This document shows positions 51,150 through 59,195 of a DNA stretch of 61,603 nt, piece after piece. The stretch comes from a virus. Lineage: Duplodnaviria; Caudoviricetes. The position numbers were made by a program, and so were the translations under genes. The notes beneath the pieces were generated by a model, which saw only the letters and a list, made by a program, of their open reading frames with translations, had not been told where the DNA came from and searched no databases. Location of the stretch: positions 1 to 61,603 of the IMG/VR virus record IMGVR_UViG_3300030090_000470; one strand, 5' to 3'. Each line of letters begins with the position of its first letter. The first letter of the stretch is position 1.

Positions 51150-51617
51150 TTATTTTTCGCTATGCGATGCACCAAAATAAAAACTAATCACAGCACTTGC
51201 TAATCCTCCTAAGTAACCAAGAACTAAATTAATCAGTGCTTCACTGTTTTGTTCTGGTGGTTGTAACGTAACTAAAAATATATAACCAAGAAAACCTGCT
51301 ATCATTGCAATACCAATAATACGTGCGGTCCAATCTTTACTAAACTTGGTCCGTGCGTCTTGTTTATCTTTTGTTTCGATATCGAATAAGTTAACATCAA
51401 GTTCTTTCATTTTAACTTCGAAATCTTTTTCTGCTTTTTTAATCTCTAACAACTGTTCGGGGGTTGCGTTTGCTAGGGCTTGTTCAATAGTTTTTTCATC
51501 ATTGTTAACGCCTAAAACTTTAGAGATAACGCCTGTTGCCATACCGCCCAGTGGACCGTTAAGTGCCGTACCAAGTGTGGGTGCGACTGCACTGACTATA
51601 TTCAGTATCTTTTTCAT
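51150..51617 (-). CDS. Putative holin (multi-TM)
   Basis: VAPTLGTAL.GPLGG, D..DAR, two C-terminal TMs ending FYFG.S. Confidence 0.65.
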   Translation of the reverse strand: MKKILNIVSAVAPTLGTALNGPLGGMATGVISKVLGVNNDEKTIEQALANATPEQLLEIKKAEKDFEVKMKELDVNLFDIETKDKQDARTKFSKDWTARIIGIAMIAGFLGYIFLVTLQPPEQNSEALINLVLGYLGGLASAVISFYFGASHSEK

Positions 51618-51623
51618 TACAAA

Positions 51624-51651
51624 AGTATAACTGTAAAAAATTTTTTTGCAA
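51624..51651 (-). promoter_or_regulatory. Promoter TTGCAA-N16-TATACT, probably leaderless
   Basis: -10 box ends 6 nt before the ATG at 51617. Confidence 0.5.
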
Positions 51652-51814
51652 AATTTTTTTTACTAGGGACTTATTTGTAAAGTAGATGCAATTAAGAGGC
51701 TGAAACTAAGGAGCGGCGGAGGGTGAGGAGGTAGCGGTAGCGTAAAGGGGGTATAGGGGGGCGTATAAATAGGTTTAAGGGCTACCTAGTAGATAGCCCT
51801 TTAGTTAGAATATA

Positions 51815-51830
51815 CCCCGCCTAAGCGGGG
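51815..51830. terminator. GC hairpin downstream of the 51848-52231 gene
   Basis: CCCCGC-CTAA-GCGGGG; weak U tract. Confidence 0.5.
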
Positions 51831-51847
51831 CGTTAAGTAAGCTTAGC

Positions 51848-52231
51848 TTAGCTTATATTAAATATATCTAGTTCATCACTAGTATATTTTTTATAGCCTT
51901 TGCTAAACACATTAAGGTAATGAGCAATAACAACGCTAGCGTCTTGCTTATATACATCAGTAGCTACATACAAATCAAACCATACTTTATTTAGGTCAGA
52001 CATTGTGCATGAGCCTTGTGTGTTGCTAATAGTATCAATATGATGTAGCAAGTTCTTAACCTGATTAGGCATAGCTAGGTAAACCTTATCAGCTTTAGAC
52101 TCATTAACAGAAATCACTTGGTTATCAGCTAAGTTTTTTCTATTAGTAGCTTTACTATATTTAGATACATATACATTCTGTTTCTTGGGTGTATTGCCCT
52201 CAGCTTTTTTAGCGTTTATTTTGTCGTTCAT
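51848..52231 (-). CDS. Putative winged-helix-like early protein (divergent paralogue)
   Basis: P.QV..L...I and KQD...VI.HY pattern shared with 52522 and 60829 ORFs. Confidence 0.5.
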   Translation of the reverse strand: MNDKINAKKAEGNTPKKQNVYVSKYSKATNRKNLADNQVISVNESKADKVYLAMPNQVKNLLHHIDTISNTQGSCTMSDLNKVWFDLYVATDVYKQDASVVIAHYLNVFSKGYKKYTSDELDIFNIS

Positions 52232-52238
52232 ATTGTGT

Positions 52239-52266
52239 ATATTACAGCTTTATATATAAATGTCAA
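52239..52266 (-). promoter_or_regulatory. Consensus sigma70 promoter TTGACA-N16-TAATAT
   Basis: Perfect -35 box; 7 nt from the ATG; no SD. Confidence 0.6.
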
Positions 52267-52299
52267 TAGGTTAGACAAAAAAACATATACTTTTTTTCG

Positions 52300-52478
52300 T
52301 TAGGTTATATAACTTATATAAGTTAGTTAAGTTAGTTAAGTTAGCTAATATTTGTGGACGGACGGACGGACGCACGCACGCGAACGAACACACACGGGAG
52401 AAGGATAAAAGGAGGGACAGGGATAGAGTAGAGGTAGACGGATAGAGTAGAGCGATAGAGTAGACTAAAGTAGAGCAC
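52300..52478. repeat. Mixed short tandem repeats (AAGTTAGTT x3, GGAC x4, GCAC, ATAGAGTAGA x3)
   Basis: Strand-asymmetric low-complexity non-coding tract. Confidence 0.8.
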
Positions 52479-52505
52479 AAAAAAGGCGACCGAAGTCGCC
52501 TTTTG
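52479..52505. terminator. Bidirectional intrinsic terminator
   Basis: A6-GGCGAC-CGAA-GTCGCC-T5 (cUUCGg loop on the minus strand). Confidence 0.9.
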
Positions 52506-52521
52506 GAACCAGTCAGTAAGT

Positions 52522-52818
52522 CTAGCTTACTGTTACCAATCCTTCGTCGATGAGTCTGTTTCTGTAGTGATTCCAGATATCCATCGGTGTTTGAACTGTT
52601 ACCAATCCAACTTTTTCGAGAGCAGAATCAGTCGAGCCGTCAGTTCCGACTAACTCACCAACTGTAAGACTGTAGTCTTTCGCAGTTAGTAAAGCTTCGA
52701 TAATTTTCCCCGCTTGGGCAGGAAATTTACCCTTAGGCGTCGCTACTAATGTAACAATCGCGTTTAAGTTAGCAGTCCCTTTTTGGTTAGCTGCTTTAAA
52801 GTTTTTATCTATTGTCAT
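52522..52818 (-). CDS. Putative winged-helix-like early protein
   Basis: PAQAGKIIEAL...TVQTP.DIW.HYR.RLI.EGL. Confidence 0.65.
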   Translation of the reverse strand: MTIDKNFKAANQKGTANLNAIVTLVATPKGKFPAQAGKIIEALLTAKDYSLTVGELVGTDGSTDSALEKVGLVTVQTPMDIWNHYRNRLIDEGLVTVS

Positions 52819-52865
52819 AATATTCTCCTTTCTAATAGTGGGAACTACCCCGTTAATATAGGTAT

Positions 52866-52894
52866 ATTATATGGCAGATTGGTACCAAAGTAAA
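52866..52894 (-). promoter_or_regulatory. Early promoter TTTACT-N17-TATAAT
   Basis: Repeat family. Confidence 0.75.
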
Positions 52895-52937
52895 GGAGTA
52901 AAAAGAACGGAAGAAAGTCGGTCTATCGCTCCGTCGG

Positions 52938-53465
52938 TCAGTGGTTCTTGGTGAAGTCGCCTTCGATTATGTTATCAGTCTTTTTTGCAATCAATTCTTT
53001 GAGTCGAGTGAGTATATCGTCCTTGGTCATTAAATCAATTTTTGCAGTCAATATCTCTCTCCTATCGATGTAGAGTCCGCCAGCTTTGCCTCGATGGACC
53101 TCTGCAGTGATAGCAGCGGATATCTGTCCTTGGTCCTTGGCTTCTTCTCGCAGGTCGTGTAGAGTGGAGAGGTGGTTCTCTAAAGAAACTGCTTCCTTCT
53201 CCGAGGCTTGTATTTCCAAGTCAATGAGGTAGTTTCGTACAACTGGGTTATGATTCAGTAATACGCTGCCTTGTGTTTTAGCACCCTTCCTATCTTTTGT
53301 ATAGCCTGCTTTTATAGCGGCTTCCGTTGCAGTTTGTCCTTTGATATACTCTTTACAAAATAGTTTTTGTTTAGAGTTGAGTGGCTGCCACGTCTTACCA
53401 TTATGGTCTACGAAAGCTTTGCCGTCTTCGGTGGGAACTAAATGAGTATAAGTTAGCTTTTTCAT
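52938..53465 (-). CDS. terS: Terminase small subunit
   Basis: LNSKQKLFCKEY...ATEAAIKAGY...LL..P.V..Y; SAAI.AE..RGK..GLY. Confidence 0.85.
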   Translation of the reverse strand: MKKLTYTHLVPTEDGKAFVDHNGKTWQPLNSKQKLFCKEYIKGQTATEAAIKAGYTKDRKGAKTQGSVLLNHNPVVRNYLIDLEIQASEKEAVSLENHLSTLHDLREEAKDQGQISAAITAEVHRGKAGGLYIDRREILTAKIDLMTKDDILTRLKELIAKKTDNIIEGDFTKNH

Positions 53466-53539
53466 TGTAATACCTCGCTTCAGCAAATGATATTACAAAT
53501 ATATTAAAAAAGATAATTTTCAAATTACTTTTCTCGTGC

Positions 53540-53728
53540 CCTCTAGTAATCTTACCATAGTTTCTAATAACTAATAGAAAATCTATTAGTTTTGTAGATT
53601 CAAAGAACAGAGTAGCAAAGAGAGTTGTAGACTGATTCTATTAGTATATTAGAGATATTAGTAGTTTTGTAGATTTCTTTCAATAAAATTTTTTATTTTT
53701 AAAAACACTAATACGATAGGTCTAATAA
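53540..53728. other. AT-rich tract with ~8 CTAATA/TATTAG repeats (candidate origin or binding array)
   Basis: Copies near 53564, 53571, 53583, 53638, 53647, 53656, 53708, 53722. Confidence 0.45.
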
Positions 53729-53766
53729 TAAAAAACCCCCGAGCCGCGGACAACGGCACGAGGGCA
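53729..53766 (-). terminator. Intrinsic terminator
   Basis: CCCTCGTGCCG-loop-CGGCTCGGGG plus T tract. Confidence 0.75.
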
Positions 53767-53780
53767 TTTAGTAGATAGTC

Positions 53781-54215
53781 TTACTTTCTATAATCTATCG
53801 TTAACGGTCTTCTCGTTATACTCTGACAATTGAATGTTACAGCATCGTGAATATATTCGTTCGATATAGTATAAATATAATCTCTATAAACAAACATTTC
53901 TACGTCGATGTCCCAAGTGCATTCATGATACGGGTTACTAATCCCGTCTTCAGTAAGTTCTACTCTGTCAACCGTTAAACATTTTGTTTGTACAGTTTCA
54001 CTCACCTCAGACAGGTCGAAAGTGTGTCCACGTGCCTCGTTATATCCATCGTCATCGCTGAAGTTACATATTTCCGTACGCATCGGACAGCCCGTCTTTT
54101 CCCAACAGTCTTTGTTTGTATGTAAGCCTTCTAACCAATCATAATCGTCATTCAATGATTGAGCTTTTTCGTAAAGCTCGTCAAGAGTTTCTAATTTATT
54201 TTCTTTATCTTTCAT
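53781..54215 (-). CDS. Hypothetical acidic early protein
   Basis: SD AGAAAGGAG; TATAAT upstream. Confidence 0.75.
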   Translation of the reverse strand: MKDKENKLETLDELYEKAQSLNDDYDWLEGLHTNKDCWEKTGCPMRTEICNFSDDDGYNEARGHTFDLSEVSETVQTKCLTVDRVELTEDGISNPYHECTWDIDVEMFVYRDYIYTISNEYIHDAVTFNCQSITRRPLTIDYRK

Positions 54216-54316
54216 AATTTCTCCTTTCTTAGTTAATCGTAAAAATAATTTTTTACCCCTATATTATACCTAAGATTTTTAAGAAACGCCAACGACTTTT
54301 AGATTACTACAGGCGT

Positions 54317-54342
54317 AAAAAACCCCCGCATAAAGCGAGGGC
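54317..54342 (-). terminator. Intrinsic terminator
   Basis: CCCTCGC-TTTAT-GCGGGGG plus T6. Confidence 0.8.
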
Positions 54343-54349
54343 TTACACT

Positions 54350-54661
54350 TTAAGAGGCTCTACGCTTCTCAGTTTCTTCGACCCATTCAGCGTCGACTTC
54401 AACCATAGAATCAAACTTAGATTCACATTGATTAGCAGTTAAGACCGCAGGGCATTTTTCGAAATGATAGACCGCATGCATACCATCATTAACATTTAAA
54501 CGCATAATAGTAGAGTTACCGACAATAAAGAAATCGCCGACTACAGGAATCCCACCATTCAGCTTATCGGCTAATTCTTTAGGGTAAGCTTTACTAAAAA
54601 TCTTAGCGTCTAGCTTTTCGCTAGGGCTATTTATTCCTTCAAATTCTGGTATATCGTTCAT
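54350..54661 (-). CDS. Hypothetical early protein
   Basis: SD AAGGAG; own promoter and terminator. Confidence 0.75.
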   Translation of the reverse strand: MNDIPEFEGINSPSEKLDAKIFSKAYPKELADKLNGGIPVVGDFFIVGNSTIMRLNVNDGMHAVYHFEKCPAVLTANQCESKFDSMVEVDAEWVEETEKRRAS

Positions 54662-54690
54662 AATTTTCTCCTTATATTTTTTATACTAAT

Positions 54691-54719
54691 ATTATAGCTA
54701 CCAGCAAAGCGATTATAAA
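54691..54719 (-). promoter_or_regulatory. Early promoter TTTATA-N17-TATAAT
   Basis: Repeat family variant (GCTTTA). Confidence 0.7.
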
Positions 54720-54736
54720 GCAGCTAACGAGCCGTC

Positions 54737-55072
54737 TCACATTCCGTTTTCGTCCGCAGACGCTGTAACTCCGAATAACTCATATCCAACAACTTCGTAG
54801 TTTTCGTTGTATTGGTTCACATACCAAAACTTTTCACCTGTTTTGGTATCGACTAGTAATGCGTCGTGGTTTAAACCTTCCCAATTAGCTACTAAATTGC
54901 TTTCGGTTTCTAAACCTGTTTCGTTCATAATGTCGAAAAGTTCACCATATAAATCAAGAATTTTACCTAACCTATCTGTCGTAGTAATGCCCACATACTC
55001 CTTGTATTGATTAGGGTTTCTTTCTTGCTCGTGATGATAACAAAGATATACTTTAAATAATTTATCGCTCAT
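54737..55072 (-). CDS. Hypothetical early protein
   Basis: ATGA-coupled ORF. Confidence 0.7.
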   Translation of the reverse strand: MSDKLFKVYLCYHHEQERNPNQYKEYVGITTTDRLGKILDLYGELFDIMNETGLETESNLVANWEGLNHDALLVDTKTGEKFWYVNQYNENYEVVGYELFGVTASADENGM

Positions 55073-55383
55073 ACTTCCTCCGCATTTTGGTTAATTCTAG
55101 TAATTGAAGCACTGAATCCATGTCCGTCTCCAATCTTCAATATATGGTAGAGATAATCTTTCGATTGTATAACTGTAGTACCTATAACGTCGGCTTCAGT
55201 GAAACCCCTGCGTTCTTCGTCAATCACAACTATATAACCGTCAACTAATCCGCCTGGTCCAATAGTATCTACTAAATCGTCAGCCATTACTCCTCCATCT
55301 TCTGATAGAGGTATCATACAGTGCCACTCGTCAACTCGATTCTTATCAAGCTGTTCGTTTATATTATTAAAAATTTCGTTCAT
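55069..55383 (-). CDS. Hypothetical early protein
   Basis: Start refined to the ATG after SD AGAAAGGAG. Confidence 0.75.
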   Translation of the reverse strand: MNEIFNNINEQLDKNRVDEWHCMIPLSEDGGVMADDLVDTIGPGGLVDGYIVVIDEERRGFTEADVIGTTVIQSKDYLYHILKIGDGHGFSASITRINQNAEEV

Positions 55384-55425
55384 ATCTTTCTCCTTTCTAT
55401 CGTAATAATAATTTACTACTTTACT

Positions 55426-55454
55426 ATTATAGCTACGAGTTTTACCAAAGTAAA
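55426..55454 (-). promoter_or_regulatory. Early promoter TTTACT-N17-TATAAT
   Basis: Repeat family. Confidence 0.75.
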
Positions 55455-55505
55455 ACAACCGCCGAAGTTAGCAAAAGCCAAGCCATTAGTAACCAAAGTC
55501 CGTCA

Positions 55506-55679
55506 TCATTTCTCACCTTTTATTATCGGGTATGTAAGTAATACATATATCCCTGTGCCTCCACACATATAGCAATCTTCTTCCTCGCCACCTGTTTCGT
55601 AGAAATGGTCTAGGTCGAATCCTTCCCCACAACACTCGGGGCAGTCGTTATTTTTCGTAGTATGTTCCTGCTTTTCCAT
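55506..55679 (-). CDS. 57-aa CxxCxGxG zinc-finger protein, absent from the ORF track
   Basis: MEKQEHTTKNNDCPECCGEG...DCYMCGGTG. Confidence 0.65.
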   Translation of the reverse strand: MEKQEHTTKNNDCPECCGEGFDLDHFYETGGEEEDCYMCGGTGIYVLLTYPIIKGEK

Positions 55680-55968
55680 AAAATCCCATTTTCTCTAATT
55701 GTAGAGCTAAATCGTCTAAACAATGTTTATTACCACTTTTTCCTAATGCTACACTTAAAGGGTCGTCCCAACAATCGTAGGTAGCCATTAACATATTGCG
55801 AGTAGTCTCATCGGGTATAGCTTTGACATAAGCTATAATTTTCTTTTGCCCTGCTACCCATGTTTTTTCACTTCTAGTTCGATACTCGAATTCTATTAAT
55901 TTAAATTCTTTATCTAATAATGAAGGTTTGTAATTACCTTTACCTAATATATGTATATCTAAACTCAT
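55648..55968 (-). CDS. Hypothetical early protein
   Basis: SD GAGGAGG. Confidence 0.7.
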   Translation of the reverse strand: MSLDIHILGKGNYKPSLLDKEFKLIEFEYRTRSEKTWVAGQKKIIAYVKAIPDETTRNMLMATYDCWDDPLSVALGKSGNKHCLDDLALQLEKMGFYGKAGTYYEK

Positions 55969-56162
55969 TTTACCTCCTCAATTATATAATCGTCAAGTGT
56001 TTCAGGTTCAAATAAAGGGTCTTCTATAAGACTGTTATTATTTTTTATCCAAGCATCTAAATCATCTGTAGTTCCTTGATATACTTTCTCATATCCAGGT
56101 TTATATATACCCCATTTTCTATAATCAAAATAAATTTTATATTTTTTATTTGGTTCACTCAT
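55965..56162 (-). CDS. Hypothetical early protein
   Basis: ATGA-coupled; SD AAGGAG. Confidence 0.7.
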   Translation of the reverse strand: MSEPNKKYKIYFDYRKWGIYKPGYEKVYQGTTDDLDAWIKNNNSLIEDPLFEPETLDDYIIEEVK

Positions 56163-56326
56163 TTTTTCTCCTTTTTATAAAGTTCGTCAAAAGTTTGTAC
56201 TTCTCTTCTACCGCAAATCTCACATTCGAGCACATTTTGTAATACTCCATCTGCAGTTATTTTATGGCTGTTTCTTATATCACATGGTCCAATACTAATT
56301 CTTCTACCTTTACAATCTTCACTCAT
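56159..56326 (-). CDS. 55-aa Cys-containing protein, absent from the ORF track
   Basis: MSEDCKGRR...LECEICGRRE; coupled at both ends. Confidence 0.7.
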   Translation of the reverse strand: MSEDCKGRRISIGPCDIRNSHKITADGVLQNVLECEICGRREVQTFDELYKKEKK

Positions 56327-56505
56327 AATTTACTCCTATCTATAAATTTATATCTACTTTCTATATTTGGAAACTTCAGAAAAGTCTTAATAAGGTCGTC
56401 TTGAGTAGAGTCGCTAAATTCTACAAAATCGTCTAAAAAGTCTTTATCAGGCTCGATATTATTAGCCCTCAAATTAGCTAAAGTTTCCTCTCGCGTTCTA
56501 CTCAT
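56323..56505 (-). CDS. Hypothetical early protein
   Basis: Coupled ORF. Confidence 0.65.
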   Translation of the reverse strand: MSRTREETLANLRANNIEPDKDFLDDFVEFSDSTQDDLIKTFLKFPNIESRYKFIDRSKL

Positions 56506-56686
56506 TATTGTTTTCTCTTTGTGCTTTCATCCAAGCACTAGCAATATCTACAGCTTCGTGTCTCTTTAGTTTTGGAAATACTTTTCGTAACTCTGCAGGT
56601 GCTCCGTACATATTCACACCACCCATTTCTTGCATAGTATCTAACATTTCAAAGTATGGTTTATATTTATTTTCTTCAGTTTGCAT
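56498..56686 (-). CDS. Small conserved phage protein
   Basis: YF..LD.....G.VNMYGA...L...F......A..I...WM pattern. Confidence 0.7.
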   Translation of the reverse strand: MQTEENKYKPYFEMLDTMQEMGGVNMYGAPAELRKVFPKLKRHEAVDIASAWMKAQRENNNE

Positions 56687-56688
56687 AA

Positions 56689-56880
56689 CTACCTCCCAAT
56701 AGTTTTAGTGTCGTTAATAGTAATATACTGATATGCACCTTTGTTATAAGCGGGTGCAATCTGTTTTTTACGCTGTTCAGCTAGTCGCTGTGCAGCTTCC
56801 TCGCCACACGATGTACAGGTCGAATAACCTAGTTTAGCTCGTGCAGTCGGTATTTTGTCTCGGCATAATGAACATATCAT
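56689..56880 (-). CDS. TraR/DksA-like C4 zinc-finger protein
   Basis: CSLC...IP.AR..LG...CTSC. Confidence 0.55.
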   Translation of the reverse strand: MICSLCRDKIPTARAKLGYSTCTSCGEEAAQRLAEQRKKQIAPAYNKGAYQYITINDTKTIGR

Positions 56881-56912
56881 ATCTTTCTCCTTTCTTTTAT
56901 TACGCTATAAAT

Positions 56913-56941
56913 AGTATAGCTACGAGTAAAGCCAAAGTAAA
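56913..56941 (-). promoter_or_regulatory. Early promoter TTTACT-N17-TATACT
   Basis: Repeat family. Confidence 0.75.
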
Positions 56942-56944
56942 GCA

Positions 56945-57412
56945 CTACCACCATACGTGCATTACCGCACCACGTTTACCAGCAACGCCGAGTAAAGTCG
57001 CTAGGTCTTTAACTTCGCCGAGTGTATATTCAGCCCTATCCTTTATTTGATAAACTATAGTGTCGTCATCAATATCTAAAGGACAGTTTGTATCATTAGG
57101 GTCGCTACCAAACACACCATATTCTTCTCTAACAGTATGTAAAAATTCTTCTAATACTTTAGCCTGTGCTTTTAGCTCATCGTTTGTAACATACGGCGGG
57201 TCATCGTCTGATGATTTATGCCATATACCTCCTCGATGTTGCATAAGGTTATCAACTAAAGGCTCGTATGCTTTACCTCTAAATGAGCCATCGCTACCAC
57301 TTCCGCTGAACATACCTCCGCAAAGGTTGATATCTTTTAGGCGTTCATCATCTTTATGAGTAAACGCTTTATCTTGGTCGTTACCATGTACTATATAACA
57401 ATCTAATCCCAT
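56945..57412 (-). CDS. Hypothetical early protein (MGLD N-terminus)
   Basis: Start refined to the TAATG overlap. Confidence 0.7.
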   Translation of the reverse strand: MGLDCYIVHGNDQDKAFTHKDDERLKDINLCGGMFSGSGSDGSFRGKAYEPLVDNLMQHRGGIWHKSSDDDPPYVTNDELKAQAKVLEEFLHTVREEYGVFGSDPNDTNCPLDIDDDTIVYQIKDRAEYTLGEVKDLATLLGVAGKRGAVMHVWW

Positions 57413-57486
57413 TATAATCTCCAAAACTCTATAGCAAATGCTATGGCTATTATAACCATGGCACTCAAAAACATTACTGCTTCCAT
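57412..57486 (-). CDS. 24-aa hydrophobic peptide, absent from the ORF track
   Basis: MEAVMFLSAMVIIAIAFAIEFWRL; SD AAGGAG; TAATG coupling. Confidence 0.55.
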   Translation of the reverse strand: MEAVMFLSAMVIIAIAFAIEFWRL

Positions 57487-57495
57487 AATTACTCC

Positions 57496-57792
57496 TTAAT
57501 ATAACAATCGTTTAATAGTAGTTTCTTGACCTTCGTCTTTCACTATATATCTATACAAACGATGTAGGGTTTGTTCTTCTTCTTCAAGACTATCACGTTG
57601 TATTATAGCGTTTTGCTCGCTACTATGTGATGAATGAAGTTGCCAAACATCTTTATTAGTTTCGTCAGTCCTTTGTCTTAATACTTTGTAGCGTAAGACT
57701 CTTTCCTCATGGTAATGGTTACCTTTTTCGTCGACATACAATCCGTCGTCTACTCTAGTAAATTTACCTTCTGGTTGAAATGTAATTTTCAT
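57496..57792 (-). CDS. Hypothetical early protein
   Basis: SD AGAAAGGAG. Confidence 0.75.
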   Translation of the reverse strand: MKITFQPEGKFTRVDDGLYVDEKGNHYHEERVLRYKVLRQRTDETNKDVWQLHSSHSSEQNAIIQRDSLEEEEQTLHRLYRYIVKDEGQETTIKRLLY

Positions 57793-57824
57793 AGCTTTCT
57801 CCTTTCTTAAAATTAACTATAAAT

Positions 57825-57853
57825 AGTTTACTTACCAGCAAACCGAATGTAAA
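57825..57853 (-). promoter_or_regulatory. Early promoter TTTACA-N17-TAAACT
   Basis: Repeat family. Confidence 0.75.
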
Positions 57854-57860
57854 GCAAGGC

Positions 57861-58370
57861 GGAGAGTGAGCTATGAACAGGGCAAATAATAACCCCTTTG
57901 GAGACCCACTCTCCTATTAGGTGGTCACGGGAGTAAGGTCGCTAGTTTGCATACTCTTTGACATGTCTACCCAACAGTAATCACCTAAATAAAGTCGGTG
58001 GTCGTGCAGTTGGCTCCTCAGGGACTGCTTGTCGTATACTACCATTCCAGACCACCTATCTTATATACCATCTAGTCTCGCCACGCATCGTATTTTAACT
58101 AGTATCTTAGCCTACCCTTATTTGTGGAGCTTATCCCACTGCTTTGTAGGTAGCATATAATGTTCAGAAGGTAAAGTCAAAACTAATTAAATCACCTCTT
58201 TCGTTAATATTGAACCGCTCTATAGGTCGAGTGTAATTGCTGTAACAACTACCTTTTACTCTTCACAATCGCAGTATCAATAAAGTTTTCAAACCCAACG
58301 ATACACTCCTTACAGTGACGGGAAGCCTAACTGTCCCATTATGTATTGTCTATCTAGTTTCGACTTTACC
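57861..58370 (-). ncRNA. Candidate array of structured non-coding RNAs
   Basis: No ORF of 60 aa or more; consecutive closing stems, including a 16-bp stem 58170-58185/58355-58370 with a G-U pair only on the minus strand. Confidence 0.55.
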
Positions 58371-58374
58371 AAAA

Positions 58375-58704
58375 TCAATCTTTCTTAAATAATCCGTCCT
58401 CCAATTTTCCTGTGCGGTCTTTTATTTCATCCCACACATGTTCTAAACACTCTTCTAAAGTCATATTATGTTGTGCTGCTAATACAATCAACACCACTAC
58501 ACAATCACCAATACCATCCATAACTCCTTGTGAATCTTTATAGGCTATAGCTTTGACAGTTTCACCTACTTCTTCCATAAGTTTCATCGTTTGTGCTTGA
58601 ATATCGTGATACTTATAAGCATAACCATTATACTCTGGTGAGTCTATAAGTAAGCCACGTTCTTCAGCCCACCTCTCTATTTGTATTATTTTATCTTCTC
58701 TCAT
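58375..58704 (-). CDS. MazG-like NTP pyrophosphohydrolase
   Basis: W..ERGL, KLMEEVGE, DGIGD..VVL, IKDR.G...DG.F.K. Confidence 0.85.
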   Translation of the reverse strand: MREDKIIQIERWAEERGLLIDSPEYNGYAYKYHDIQAQTMKLMEEVGETVKAIAYKDSQGVMDGIGDCVVVLIVLAAQHNMTLEECLEHVWDEIKDRTGKLEDGLFKKD

Positions 58705-58734
58705 AGTTTTCCTCTAAATATATATCTAAGTGCA

Positions 58735-58998
58735 TCAAGTTTCTTTTTGCTCAGATGTCGTAAGTTTTTCGGAACCTCTTGCTTTTTCGGGGTACATTTC
58801 TTTTGCCCACTTGTCGATTTGTTCGATTGCTGCTCCATAAAATACTCCTGTTTCATGTTCTCTAGCAAGCCGTGCCATTACATGCTGTGCTTGCCAGTTT
58901 GCTAAATTAGGGTGTAGTTTTTTAATATCATCTATTGTTATTTTAACACCCAACTCTAAATCTGATAAAGCTGTATATTTATTAATCACTACTTTCAT
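58735..58998 (-). CDS. Hypothetical early protein
   Basis: Overlapping operon ORF. Confidence 0.65.
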   Translation of the reverse strand: MKVVINKYTALSDLELGVKITIDDIKKLHPNLANWQAQHVMARLAREHETGVFYGAAIEQIDKWAKEMYPEKARGSEKLTTSEQKET

Positions 58999-59194
58999 CT
59001 TTTTGCCTATCTAATCTAGTATCGATGTTCGCTAACATCATAATACTATTTTGCGTATGAGCGTGATGTAAAGCTTGGATAATATTTGTCCAAGCATGTT
59101 GGACTTTATCTTTAGCATTTTCGTCATCACTTATATCACAATAAAAATTAATTATCTTTTTAATTGTATTTACATCTTTACTTTGAACTAACAT
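58982..59194 (-). CDS. Hypothetical early protein
   Basis: Operon ORF. Confidence 0.65.
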   Translation of the reverse strand: MLVQSKDVNTIKKIINFYCDISDDENAKDKVQHAWTNIIQALHHAHTQNSIMMLANIDTRLDRQKDESSD

Positions 59195-59195
59195 A

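Noticed and set aside
52271-52480. 69-aa ORF over the repeat tract
   Set aside because: Low-complexity translation of microsatellites; starts inside a terminator
55506-55658. Non-canonical ACG start for the zinc-finger ORF
   Set aside because: An in-frame ATG exists at 55679
58006-58028. Hammerhead ribozyme (CUGAGGA on the minus strand)
   Set aside because: No GAAA after a stem II and no suitable core arrangement
57861-58370. tRNA or tmRNA cluster, or CRISPR mini-array
   Set aside because: No cloverleaf with T-loop and CCA end, and no identical direct repeats found
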